A stretch of 64,000 nt of DNA from an uncultured Rhodospirillaceae bacterium (GTDB taxonomy: Bacteria > Pseudomonadota > Alphaproteobacteria > UBA8366 > GCA-2717185): assembly GCA_964474755.1 (NCBI GenBank), contig CAYYUG010000003.1, forward strand, positions 7,580 to 71,579, given 5' to 3'. The notes under the pieces are model-generated. The model was not told the origin of the DNA, did no database searches, and saw only the letters and a program-made list of their open reading frames with translations. The position numbers and the translations under genes are program-made. Shown here piece by piece: positions 44,719 through 53,212 of this stretch; within the stretch, counting starts at the first letter, position 1; every line of letters starts with the position of its first letter.

Positions 44719-46329
44719 ATGACACATGGGATGGTGTGTGCACCGCAGCCTGAAACGGTCGATGCGGGCCTTGATGTGTTACGAGAGGGCGGTAACGTAA
44801 TGGATGCAGCAATCGCTGCGGCACTGGTGCAGACCGTTGTCGACCCGCAAATGTGCGGTATTGCCGGTTTTGGGTCGATGCAGGTTTATCGCAATGATAC
44901 TCGCGAACACACCTATATAGATTTTCACGGCCGGGCACCGTTATCTACTCGACCTGAGATGTGGAAACATCTGATCGTCCGCGAGTGCGATGATGGTTTT
45001 GGTTTCGTACTTGAAGGCCAAGTCAACGAGATCGGTTACACCTCGATGACCACGCCGATGACGCTCAAGGCTTTTGCGGAGGGGCTTGAGCGATTTGGGA
45101 CGAGGACGTTGGCCGAATTGATACAGCCTGCGATCTCCTATTGTGAAGATGGCTTCACAGTACGTCCCAAAGTCCATGGCTTCTGGCTTCAACCGGCGCA
45201 GAACGGACGTATCGATCGGGTGAGAGTAACTAGCGAATTTCCGGCGGCGGCGAAAATATACAGAAAAGGGGACGGTAGCCTCCATAATGTGGGCGACGTT
45301 CTGAAAAACCCAGATATGGGAAAGACTTATCGTCGGATTGCGGATGCCGGTGTTAAAGATTTCTACACCGGTGAGATAGCTAAAGCGATAGACGCTGATA
45401 TGCGCGCTAACGGTGGGCATATTACGTTGGCTGATCTGGCAAAATGTGAACCAGAAATCAATGAACCGTTGCGCGGCAGCTATCGCGGTTTTGAGGTAGT
45501 GACCAACCCGCCGCCGGGCGGTGGACTAATGGTTATCGAGATGCTGAACATTCTTGAGAACTTCGACCTCGCAGCCATGGGTTTTAATTCGGCGGAATAT
45601 GTCGCCACAGTTGCGGAAGCGATGAAATTAGCCACGGTCGATAAGGATACCCTCATGGGTGATCCAAATTTTATTGACATCCCGATGGATGAGCTGATGT
45701 CCAAAGACTACGCGGCGACATTGGCAGCGCGCATCCGAAGCGGTGAAAAGGCCCACGTGAAGCGGGTGAATGCCGGCGCCCCCGAAAGCAAAGAGACGAC
45801 GCATATCTGTGTTGCCGACAATCAGGGTAATGTCGTTAACATGACCCACTCTCTGGGATCGAGTTCAGGGGTTGTGAGTGATGGTCTTGGGTTTATGTAC
45901 AATAATTGTATGATGGTGTTTGATCCACGGCCAGGGTACCCGGGATCACTGGCCCCAGGGAAAGCTAGGTTTACAGCTCTTTGTCCGACAATGCTAATGG
46001 ATGATGGCAAGCCATTCCTTGCGCTTGGAGCACCTGGCGGCACGACGATTACGATGGGTGTGCTGCAGACTATTCTCAACGTGGTTGATTTCGGTATGAG
46101 TGCGCAAGAGGCGGTTTCTGCGCCGCGCTTCTGCGCCTTGTCCGATACGATAGAACTTACCAATCGTATACTCCGTTCCACCGAGCGGGAATTACTAGCC
46201 CGTGGTTATCCGACTATGCGCTACGCCGTTAGCTATGCCACCCCGCTGGTGCACGCTATTCGTCTGCGCGACGGTATCCTTGACGGCGGCGCCGATCCTG
46301 CCGGCGACGGTATGGCAGCTAAAATTTAG
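44719..46329 (+). CDS. gamma-glutamyltransferase-family Ntn hydrolase (no signal peptide)
   Basis: 536-aa ORF with AAGGA upstream. It has GNVMDAAIAAALVQTVVDPQMCGIAGFG and the catalytic Thr context KETTHICVADNQGN. The protein starts directly at the conserved core. Confidence 0.8.
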   Translation: MTHGMVCAPQPETVDAGLDVLREGGNVMDAAIAAALVQTVVDPQMCGIAGFGSMQVYRNDTREHTYIDFHGRAPLSTRPEMWKHLIVRECDDGFGFVLEGQVNEIGYTSMTTPMTLKAFAEGLERFGTRTLAELIQPAISYCEDGFTVRPKVHGFWLQPAQNGRIDRVRVTSEFPAAAKIYRKGDGSLHNVGDVLKNPDMGKTYRRIADAGVKDFYTGEIAKAIDADMRANGGHITLADLAKCEPEINEPLRGSYRGFEVVTNPPPGGGLMVIEMLNILENFDLAAMGFNSAEYVATVAEAMKLATVDKDTLMGDPNFIDIPMDELMSKDYAATLAARIRSGEKAHVKRVNAGAPESKETTHICVADNQGNVVNMTHSLGSSSGVVSDGLGFMYNNCMMVFDPRPGYPGSLAPGKARFTALCPTMLMDDGKPFLALGAPGGTTITMGVLQTILNVVDFGMSAQEAVSAPRFCALSDTIELTNRILRSTERELLARGYPTMRYAVSYATPLVHAIRLRDGILDGGADPAGDGMAAKI

Positions 46330-46479
46330 CTGGTTAATACCAAACCTCTGCTCAGTTATTTTTTAGAAATTTTTGCAAACCAAGCAGAACAATCGGTCAT
46401 GCGAATTTTTTGGTAAGCAATTTAGCTTTTGTGTTTGCTAATATTGAGTGGGGGAGCAGGAAGGTTTCAGCAATGATAT

Positions 46480-46501
46480 AGCCACGTTCTACGTGGCTTT
46501 T
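46480..46501 (+). terminator. candidate rho-independent terminator (AGCCACG-ttcta-CGTGGCT followed by TTTT)
   Basis: A 7-bp stem, 5-nt loop and short T run, 150 nt downstream of the GGT-like stop. Confidence 0.4.
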
Positions 46502-46804
46502 GAAGGCTGAACTTAGTACCCCGACTATCATGAAGAAAGCGGCGACTAGATGGTTGCGCGGAAAACCCCTAAAAGACTTTAATTCAGGGCGCCTCCAGAT
46601 TGGTACTCAGGAAGATTATGTTACGCTGACTGGATCCACATTTTCCAGCCGCCGACAGCATTATTTTTTTCATAAAATAAGGGCCTTGCTGCTGATGCGA
46701 AATGACGGCGCTTAAACCTGTATTCGCACAGTTAGATAGCAATAATTGTGCGCTTTACTGATGGATAGAAAACTATAAGCAGTGGTTTACAGACTAACTG
46801 TGCC

Positions 46805-48223
46805 TTAAAGGTCCAAATGGGACCAAACGCGTTTGCTAGCTTCGTTCAAATTTCGCACAGCATTTGGCACATCGATCGTAAGGACTTCGCCATTTTCAAC
46901 GATGGTTTTGCCGTCGACGATGACCCGGTCAACGTCATCACCGGTCGCCGCCAATACCAGAAACTTAAAAGGGTCATACACGGGGGTGGCCTTTGGCGTG
47001 TCAATGCGAAGGAGCACGATATCTGCGCAACATCCTGACGCTAGGCGCCCCAAATCAGAACGGCCTAAGGCATCAGCGCCACCGGTTGTAGCCATCGCGA
47101 AAATATCTTCCGCAGGAGCCACTTCCGCGGCGTGTTCGACGATTTTGCAGACGACTGCTGCCATACGCATTTCACTGAACAAGTCGAATGGATAGGTATC
47201 GGTGCCAAGGCTTTGGCGTATGCCGAGTTCTTTATATTTGTGGATTGAGTTTATGACGCCGCCACGCCGCGCTTTGACCCAGGGCATATGGCATACTGTC
47301 GTTTGAGAATCTCGTAACGCAGCGATTTCATAGGCCGACATGCTGTTCATATCGCCATTATGCGACATGATTTGTCCGTGACCGATGATGAAGTCAGGGC
47401 CTAGCAGGCCGCAAGCCTCAAGATACTCGACGGTAGTTTGGCCCTCGATTTCGCCTACACGGCGGAATTCGTTAGGCGACTGACCTGCATGAATTTGAAT
47501 GGGAAGACTAAGCTCATCTGCCAACTCACGCGTTTTTTTTAATAAATCTGTATCGCAGGTGTCGACTTGTCCTGGCGCCAGCATTGTCCGGAGACGGTCA
47601 TCGAAGCGACCGTTCCACTGTTGGCAAAAATCCACACAAGCATCGAACCGAGTTCGACCTTGATCAGGATAATCCTTATAGAAAATACTACCGTCGGTAT
47701 CTTGCCCATAGTGGCGTGTTCGATAGCGTGGCCCGGAATAGCAGCGGAGGCCGGACCTACCACCAACATCCGCGACTTTTTCCGTTGTCTCTATGTTGCC
47801 ATTGCCGCCGATTTCATAATCATATCCGAGTTCAACCACGGTGGTCGAACCTGTGCGCGCGAGTTCCGCGAAGGCACATGCTGCCGCAGCAACTTGTGCT
47901 TCTGGGTCTGTTGCATGACGAACGTTTGGTAGCACTTTGTAGAGAGCAACGTGGTTTGTTGCTGCTCCTTTGACTGTCTTATCGCCGATATCTTCAAGAT
48001 ACCCTTTTGTAAAAGGTGTGTCGGTAACGTGAAGATGATTGTTAATTAAACCAGGAATAACTAATCGACCAGTGGCATCGATTACCTGATCCGATTTACC
48101 TTCGTAGGTTTGGCCAACGTATATGATCGTTTGATCATCGAAGACGACTTTCCCTTGTTCAACTATTTGGTGACTATCGTCAATCCAAGCGATCACTGTT
48201 CCGTTGCGAATTTCTGTTATCAT
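46805..48223 (-). CDS. amidohydrolase-1 superfamily protein (aminohydrolase/chlorohydrolase-like)
   Basis: 472-aa ORF. GRLVIPGLINNHLHV (HxH metal site) is followed by later HAGQ and GTD motifs. Its start overlaps the stop of the upstream Mo-subunit gene by 4 nt. Confidence 0.8.
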   Translation of the reverse strand: MITEIRNGTVIAWIDDSHQIVEQGKVVFDDQTIIYVGQTYEGKSDQVIDATGRLVIPGLINNHLHVTDTPFTKGYLEDIGDKTVKGAATNHVALYKVLPNVRHATDPEAQVAAAACAFAELARTGSTTVVELGYDYEIGGNGNIETTEKVADVGGRSGLRCYSGPRYRTRHYGQDTDGSIFYKDYPDQGRTRFDACVDFCQQWNGRFDDRLRTMLAPGQVDTCDTDLLKKTRELADELSLPIQIHAGQSPNEFRRVGEIEGQTTVEYLEACGLLGPDFIIGHGQIMSHNGDMNSMSAYEIAALRDSQTTVCHMPWVKARRGGVINSIHKYKELGIRQSLGTDTYPFDLFSEMRMAAVVCKIVEHAAEVAPAEDIFAMATTGGADALGRSDLGRLASGCCADIVLLRIDTPKATPVYDPFKFLVLAATGDDVDRVIVDGKTIVENGEVLTIDVPNAVRNLNEASKRVWSHLDL

Positions 48224-50535
48224 CGGTCTTGCCCTTTTTGAGCCTGTTTAATTACTCGCCAAACGCGTTCTGGGGTGGCCGGGCCTTCGAAACTGTGGAT
48301 GTTCAATGGCGCAAGGGCATCACTAATCGCATTTGTGATGGCAGGAAAACCGGCAATCGCGCCAGCTTCACCGCAGCCTTTTACACCTAAGGGGTTGGTT
48401 GTGCAGTCGACACCGTTGAAGATCACACTTAAAGGAGGAATATCTGTAGCACGAGGTAAGGCATAGTCGAGTAAAGAACCGCTCAGCAATTGGCCTGAGA
48501 TATCCTGATATACCGCATGTTCTAGTAAAGCTTGGCCAATGCCCTGTGCGATTGCACCGTGAACTTGGCCGCTAGCAACCATGGGATTAATGATTGTGCC
48601 GTAATCATCGACGGCACCGTATCTAACCACATCGACCTTGCCGGTATCAGGATCAATCTCGACTTCGGCGATGTGACAGCCATTGGGAAAGGTCATATGT
48701 TTGCGAGTGAATTCTTGTGACGTGTCCAGTGTGCTCAAGTCTGAGCTCGCATTTGTCTGACGCGCAGCTCTCGCAACCTCGAATAAATCGATCGCCCGCT
48801 CTGATCCGGAAACACGATATTGTCCCTTTTTGTAAAAAATTTCGGTTTCCCTAGCCTGCAATAATTTTGCAGCGATGGGTTTGCCTTTTCCAATTATTTT
48901 TTCGATTGCTAAATACATCGCTGTGCCGCCCATATACGTCGCACGCGAACTTCCGTGGCCGCCCCCTTTGGAGATCAGACCGGTGTCCCCATGCCGGTAG
49001 CGGATTTTCTCAATCGGCACACCCAGAAACTCTGAAATTATCTGAGGAAATGTAGTTTCATGCCCTTGGCCAATAGATTGTGTGCCGGTTGTAAGTATCA
49101 GCGTGTCGTCCTCGAAGTTGAGTTCAACCTTCTCTTCAGGTGCTCCACCAGTCGCTTTGATGTGATAGGCGAAGCCCAATCCTAGAAGTCTAGCTCGCGA
49201 CATCGCATCTTGCTGACGTTTTGCAAAGCCGGATGCTGCCTGCATTGCGCGGTTGAGATTTTTGGAGAACTTCCCGCTGTCAACATAGGTCCCGGTTATG
49301 CTGGTAAATGGTGTAGTTTTGCGCATATTTCGTCGACGTAACTCGGCTCGGTCAATTCCCATTTCTCGGGCTGCACAATCTATCAAACGCTCTAGTACGT
49401 TGACTGCTTCAGCAAATCCCGGGCCTCGGGTTACCCCAATTGGCACGGTATTAGTGGTTACCGCCCCGATTGAGAGATAAATTTGAGGAATTTCGTAGAC
49501 CGTACCCGGAAGCGACGCATATTGGTCGCTGCAAACACGGCCTGAAGAGCCGCAGAGATAGGCTCCAAGATTTGCCCAACTCCCGATACGGAGGGCCAAA
49601 AAGTGCCCGTCGGCGTCTAAAGCCAGTTCAGCATCGGCTAAATGATCGCGCGCTTGATGATCGGAGACGAAACCCGCCATACGTTCATTGATCCATTTAA
49701 CAGGGCAGCCGGCAACACGGGCGGCCCAAAGCAATAAGACATGCTCGGGATAAGCGAAATTCTTTAAGCCGAACCCGCCGCCCACGTCGGGTGCAATAAC
49801 TCGGACATTTTCATTGTCGACGCCCAGCGTCTCAGCGATACAGTCCCTTCCTGCATGGAGACTTTGACTAGAGATGTGGAGCGTATAACGCGAAGATATC
49901 TGGTTAAAAAAACCGACGCCACCACGTGGTTCCATCGAATTAGTGATTACTCGATGATTAGTAAGACGGAGCCGCGTCAAATGAGAGGCGGTTCGAAAAG
50001 CTTGTTGGCTTGCATTTTCGTCCCCGACTTGCCAACGAAGAATTACATTGTCTGGGATGTTATCGCTGATTTTTGGTGCGGATTTGGAAAGTGCAGAACT
50101 AATGGATGTAATGGCTGGCAACGGCTGGAACTCAATCTCGATACGCTCGGCTGCATCACGCGCTATTGCTAGGCTGCGCGCCACGACCGCAGCGACGGGT
50201 TGACCGACATAGCGAACGCGATCCGTTGCAAGGGGCGGATGAGGCAAATAGGAGAAGGGTTCGCCGTTGCGAAAATTTTCCCGAACATACGGCTCCATTG
50301 GTTTGATGCCTGCGGCTATTTGGTCTGTACCTTTGAGAACCGCTAATACCCCAGGCAAATTTTCAACTGCGTCCGATTTAATGCTCCGAACTTTGGCATG
50401 GGCATGGGGTGATCGAAGAATGCAAAGGTATGCCAAATTCCCAAATGGGAGATCGTCGACAAATTGGCCTTTGCCAATTAGAAAACGCCTGTCTTCGGTT
50501 CGTTCGGGCGAGTCTCCGATTCTAACCCTTGGCAT
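48220..50535 (-). CDS. xanthine-dehydrogenase / CoxL-family molybdopterin-binding subunit
   Basis: 771-aa ORF. FLIGKGQFVDDLPFGNLAYLCILRSPHAHAKV is the typical N-terminus of aldehyde oxidase/XDH a/b-hammerhead plus molybdopterin-binding subunits (PF01315/PF02738). Confidence 0.85.
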   Translation of the reverse strand: MPRVRIGDSPERTEDRRFLIGKGQFVDDLPFGNLAYLCILRSPHAHAKVRSIKSDAVENLPGVLAVLKGTDQIAAGIKPMEPYVRENFRNGEPFSYLPHPPLATDRVRYVGQPVAAVVARSLAIARDAAERIEIEFQPLPAITSISSALSKSAPKISDNIPDNVILRWQVGDENASQQAFRTASHLTRLRLTNHRVITNSMEPRGGVGFFNQISSRYTLHISSQSLHAGRDCIAETLGVDNENVRVIAPDVGGGFGLKNFAYPEHVLLLWAARVAGCPVKWINERMAGFVSDHQARDHLADAELALDADGHFLALRIGSWANLGAYLCGSSGRVCSDQYASLPGTVYEIPQIYLSIGAVTTNTVPIGVTRGPGFAEAVNVLERLIDCAAREMGIDRAELRRRNMRKTTPFTSITGTYVDSGKFSKNLNRAMQAASGFAKRQQDAMSRARLLGLGFAYHIKATGGAPEEKVELNFEDDTLILTTGTQSIGQGHETTFPQIISEFLGVPIEKIRYRHGDTGLISKGGGHGSSRATYMGGTAMYLAIEKIIGKGKPIAAKLLQARETEIFYKKGQYRVSGSERAIDLFEVARAARQTNASSDLSTLDTSQEFTRKHMTFPNGCHIAEVEIDPDTGKVDVVRYGAVDDYGTIINPMVASGQVHGAIAQGIGQALLEHAVYQDISGQLLSGSLLDYALPRATDIPPLSVIFNGVDCTTNPLGVKGCGEAGAIAGFPAITNAISDALAPLNIHSFEGPATPERVWRVIKQAQKGQDR

Positions 50536-51044
50536 GATTTGGCTTCTTATAATTCAGTAAAGGCGGGCACTTCATTCTTGTAGATATCAAAAACCCAAGC
50601 AAATTCGTTGCTCTCTAATAATTCTTTGAACTTACTAATGTTGCAGCGCCACTATGATGCGCTATCGTAAACTTGGAGAAAAATCGAGGCCCTCAGAAAG
50701 ATCCGCATGCCTTTTGCGTTGTAGCCTTAAATTTCCCTAATTCGAAATTTTAGAGAACAAATACGGCACCTGTCGTATTATCGAGAATACCGTAATAACG
50801 GTGATGTTTTTCTGTTTTTAAAGTCAAATAGAATATTTGGCTTTATTGTCTGTTGTCTCGGCCTTTGATAGTCCATGGTTGACACAACTGACGGCTTTTT
50901 TGAATATGCACAGGCCCCTTTTTTATAAAAAAATGCTGAATTATTACAGGCCTTTAAGCTTTAAACGCAGAAACTTAAACAGCAATTCTTGAAACTGATC
51001 GGCCTCTGAACGATTTATCTTTAGTCATCACTTATATGTTACAC

Positions 51045-51122
51045 TGCAGAGGTAGCGAAGCGGTAGGGTCAACTGGATAACCGATCGAGACCAACCCAGT
51101 GGTTGCGAGCTTCTTACCTGCA
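51045..51122 (+). ncRNA. candidate structured 5' leader upstream of selD (unclassified)
   Basis: Hand-folded interrupted helix: 51045-49/51118-22, 51052-55/51114-17 and 51057-61/51109-13, enclosing an inner 5-bp stem 51072-76/51096-100. It ends about 15 nt before the purine-rich AGGAAAAAA that precedes ATG 51150. I recognise no known riboswitch class. Confidence 0.2.
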
Positions 51123-51149
51123 CGAGCGATTTAACTCAGGAAAAAATTT

Positions 51150-52199
51150 ATGGATATAAAAACCCCCCGTTTAACCACCCTTTCTCATGGTGGTGGCTGA
51201 GGCTGTAAAGTAGCACCGTCGGTGCTCAACGACATTCTATCAAAACTTCCGCCGCAAGCGGCAAATCCTGCTTTGCTTATCGGTCATGAAACCGGCGACG
51301 ATGCGGCAGTCTTTAAAATAAATGACGAGCAAGCGGTTGTCGCAACGACCGACTTCTTTATGCCAATTGTTGACGATCCATATGACTATGGTCGGATAGC
51401 AGCAACTAATGCGCTGTCCGATGTATACGCTGTCGGCGGTACGCCGATTTTGGCGCTAGCGATTGCAGCAATGCCGATGAACCAGATGTCGCCTGATACT
51501 ATTCAAAAGATTTTATCCGGTGGTGCGCAGGTTTGTGCGAATGCAGGGGTCCCGGTAGCAGGTGGCCACACGATCGATGCGGTAGAACCCATTTACGGCC
51601 TTGCAGTCGTTGGATTAGTGCATCCGGACCGTATTAAGCGAAACTGCGAAGCGCAGGAAGGCGATGATCTGATCCTGGGCAAAGCGCTCGGTGTCGGTAT
51701 CCTTGGTGCAGCTATGAACAAGGATGAACTTGATCCGGAAGGCTACCGCCAGATGGTTGAAACCGCCACCAAGCTGAATGCCGTTGGCGCTGAACTCTCT
51801 AAGTTGCCAGGCGTTCATGCTCTAACTGACGTAACTGGATTTGGGTTAATTGGACACCTGCTTGAGATCTGCCATGGATCTAATTTGGCTGGAGCCGTTA
51901 ACTGGAACGACTTACCGATTTTGCCCGCCGCCCGGGACTATGCGGAGCGTGGTTACAACACTGGGGCCGCTGGCCGAAACTGGCAAAGTTTTGGACATGA
52001 TGCGACACTGCCAGTTGGTATTTCGGATTGGCAAAAGAACTTGTTGACCGACCCACAAACGAGTGGTGGTCTAATGCTGAGTTGCACGCGTGAAATGACT
52101 GGTGACGTTCTCAATATCTTTAATAGCAATGGCTTTGCCGATGCCACTAAGATTGGGCAGATGCAGGATGGAAGGCCGCATGTCACTGTAACGCTATAG
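51150..52199 (+). CDS. selD: selenide, water dikinase (selenophosphate synthetase), selenocysteine-containing form (Sec at codon 17)
   Basis: ORF track entry 51222..52199 extended upstream in the same frame. ATG 51150 gives MDIKTPRLTTLSHGGG-TGA-GCKVAPSVLNDILSKLP. This matches the SelD N-terminal loop (E. coli SHGAGCGCKISPKVL), with TGA at the catalytic Cys/Sec position. The rest (TTDFFMPIVDDPYDYGRIAATNALSDVYAVGG, GGHTID, MTDVTGFGL, DPQTSGGL) is collinear with SelD. Confidence 0.85.
51212..51226 (+). promoter_or_regulatory. candidate bacterial SECIS hairpin (AGCACC-gtc-GGTGCT)
   Basis: A 6-bp perfect stem starts 11 nt after TGA 51198..51200. This position is consistent with bacterial SECIS elements, which lie immediately 3' of the recoded UGA. 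Confidence 0.5.
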
Positions 52200-52408
52200 A
52201 ATTACCGGTCTACGTACGAAACGTTGCTGAGCGGTCCATCGGCCGATGTTCTGGAATTGCTTTATTGCCATTTGGCTGCGGAACAATACGTATTGTCGCT
52301 GGAATTCTGAGGGATTGTGAAATTAATCTTTTGTTGAGCTGGTCTGTTTTCCTAGGAGCGCTATCAGCGGGATTAACAAGAAAGATTTCCAATTAAAAAG
52401 TTAAATCA

Positions 52409-53176
52409 TTGAATTCATTACGTTTATATTTCCATCCGGCAAGTAGTGCATCGATGCGTGTGACACTCTATTTGCGCTGCCGGGCCATACCGACTGATCA
52501 CGTTGAGTTGGTCAGCACCGGGTTGGAAACCGACCATCGCGGGATCCTGGTTTTTACGATGCCTAAAGACGACCCGGAAACCGTGAAGATTGGAACGACG
52601 GAGCTTTCGGCTTTTAACCCGGAGGGGCGAATTCCTGTTCTACTTCTACCTGATGGAAGAAAGTTGACGCAGTCCGGACCAATCATTGACTATATCGAGG
52701 AATGTAGTCAGGACATTCTTGGTCCAGAATTACTGCCACAAGATATGTGGCTTCGTGCTGAAGCTCGACGCGTGATGTGGATTATCGCTGCAGACACGCA
52801 GCCCTATCAAAATATTCCCTTTATCATACAAGCTATTGGCGAATGGGGGATGGTGAAGGCAGATCCCACTATTCATCCTCTTCGACTGCATTTCATCCGT
52901 CGTGAATTCGGGGCGTTGGAGGGAATTATTAAGAATACCGCTGGGCATTTTTCTATTGGTGATGATGTTACGCTGGCAGACTGTTTCCTCGTGCCACAAA
53001 TACGGAATGCTTTGTTGGCTGGGATCGATATACAACAAGAATTTCCCACGATGGGACGCGTCTGGAAAAATCTAATCGACGTTGCAGAGGTTCGCGCGGT
53101 GCTCGATGAGGCAGGGGGCATCGTGCAGCCCTTCGCGTTCGATCCCGATAAGTTCGAAGTCTACGCTAAACTGTAG
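52409..53176 (+). CDS. glutathione S-transferase fold protein (zeta / maleylacetoacetate-isomerase-like)
   Basis: 255-aa ORF with a TTG start. LRLYFHPASSASMRVTLYL, NPEGRIPVLLLPDG..LTQSGPIIDYIEE and a C-terminal helical domain fit the GST N and C domains. There is an apparent insertion between beta2 and the NPxG segment. Confidence 0.6.
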   Translation: MNSLRLYFHPASSASMRVTLYLRCRAIPTDHVELVSTGLETDHRGILVFTMPKDDPETVKIGTTELSAFNPEGRIPVLLLPDGRKLTQSGPIIDYIEECSQDILGPELLPQDMWLRAEARRVMWIIAADTQPYQNIPFIIQAIGEWGMVKADPTIHPLRLHFIRREFGALEGIIKNTAGHFSIGDDVTLADCFLVPQIRNALLAGIDIQQEFPTMGRVWKNLIDVAEVRAVLDEAGGIVQPFAFDPDKFEVYAKL

Positions 53177-53212
53177 GCTAAAAACGGCTACCGTGAGGGA
53201 CAGCGAAAAGCA

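Noticed and set aside
46500-46715. 71-aa ORF in the 475-bp gap between the GGT-like and amidohydrolase genes
   Set aside because: It has a TTG-type start, no RBS and no family resemblance. It lies in AT-rich, apparently non-coding DNA downstream of a terminator-like hairpin.
51045-51122. Possibility that the structured region upstream of selD is tRNA-Sec (selC) or another tRNA
   Set aside because: No cloverleaf can be drawn. The only TCA is preceded by G rather than U33 in a 7-nt loop context, there is no GTTCRANYC T-loop, and there is no long variable arm or 8-bp acceptor stem.
52237-52248. 12-nt perfect palindrome CATCGGCCGATG downstream of selD as a terminator
   Set aside because: It would form only a 4-bp stem with a 4-nt loop, and it is not followed by a T run.
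52210-52392. 60-aa minus-strand ORF between selD and the GST-fold gene
   Set aside because: It has no RBS and no recognisable motif, and it occupies the likely promoter/5' UTR of the GST-fold gene.
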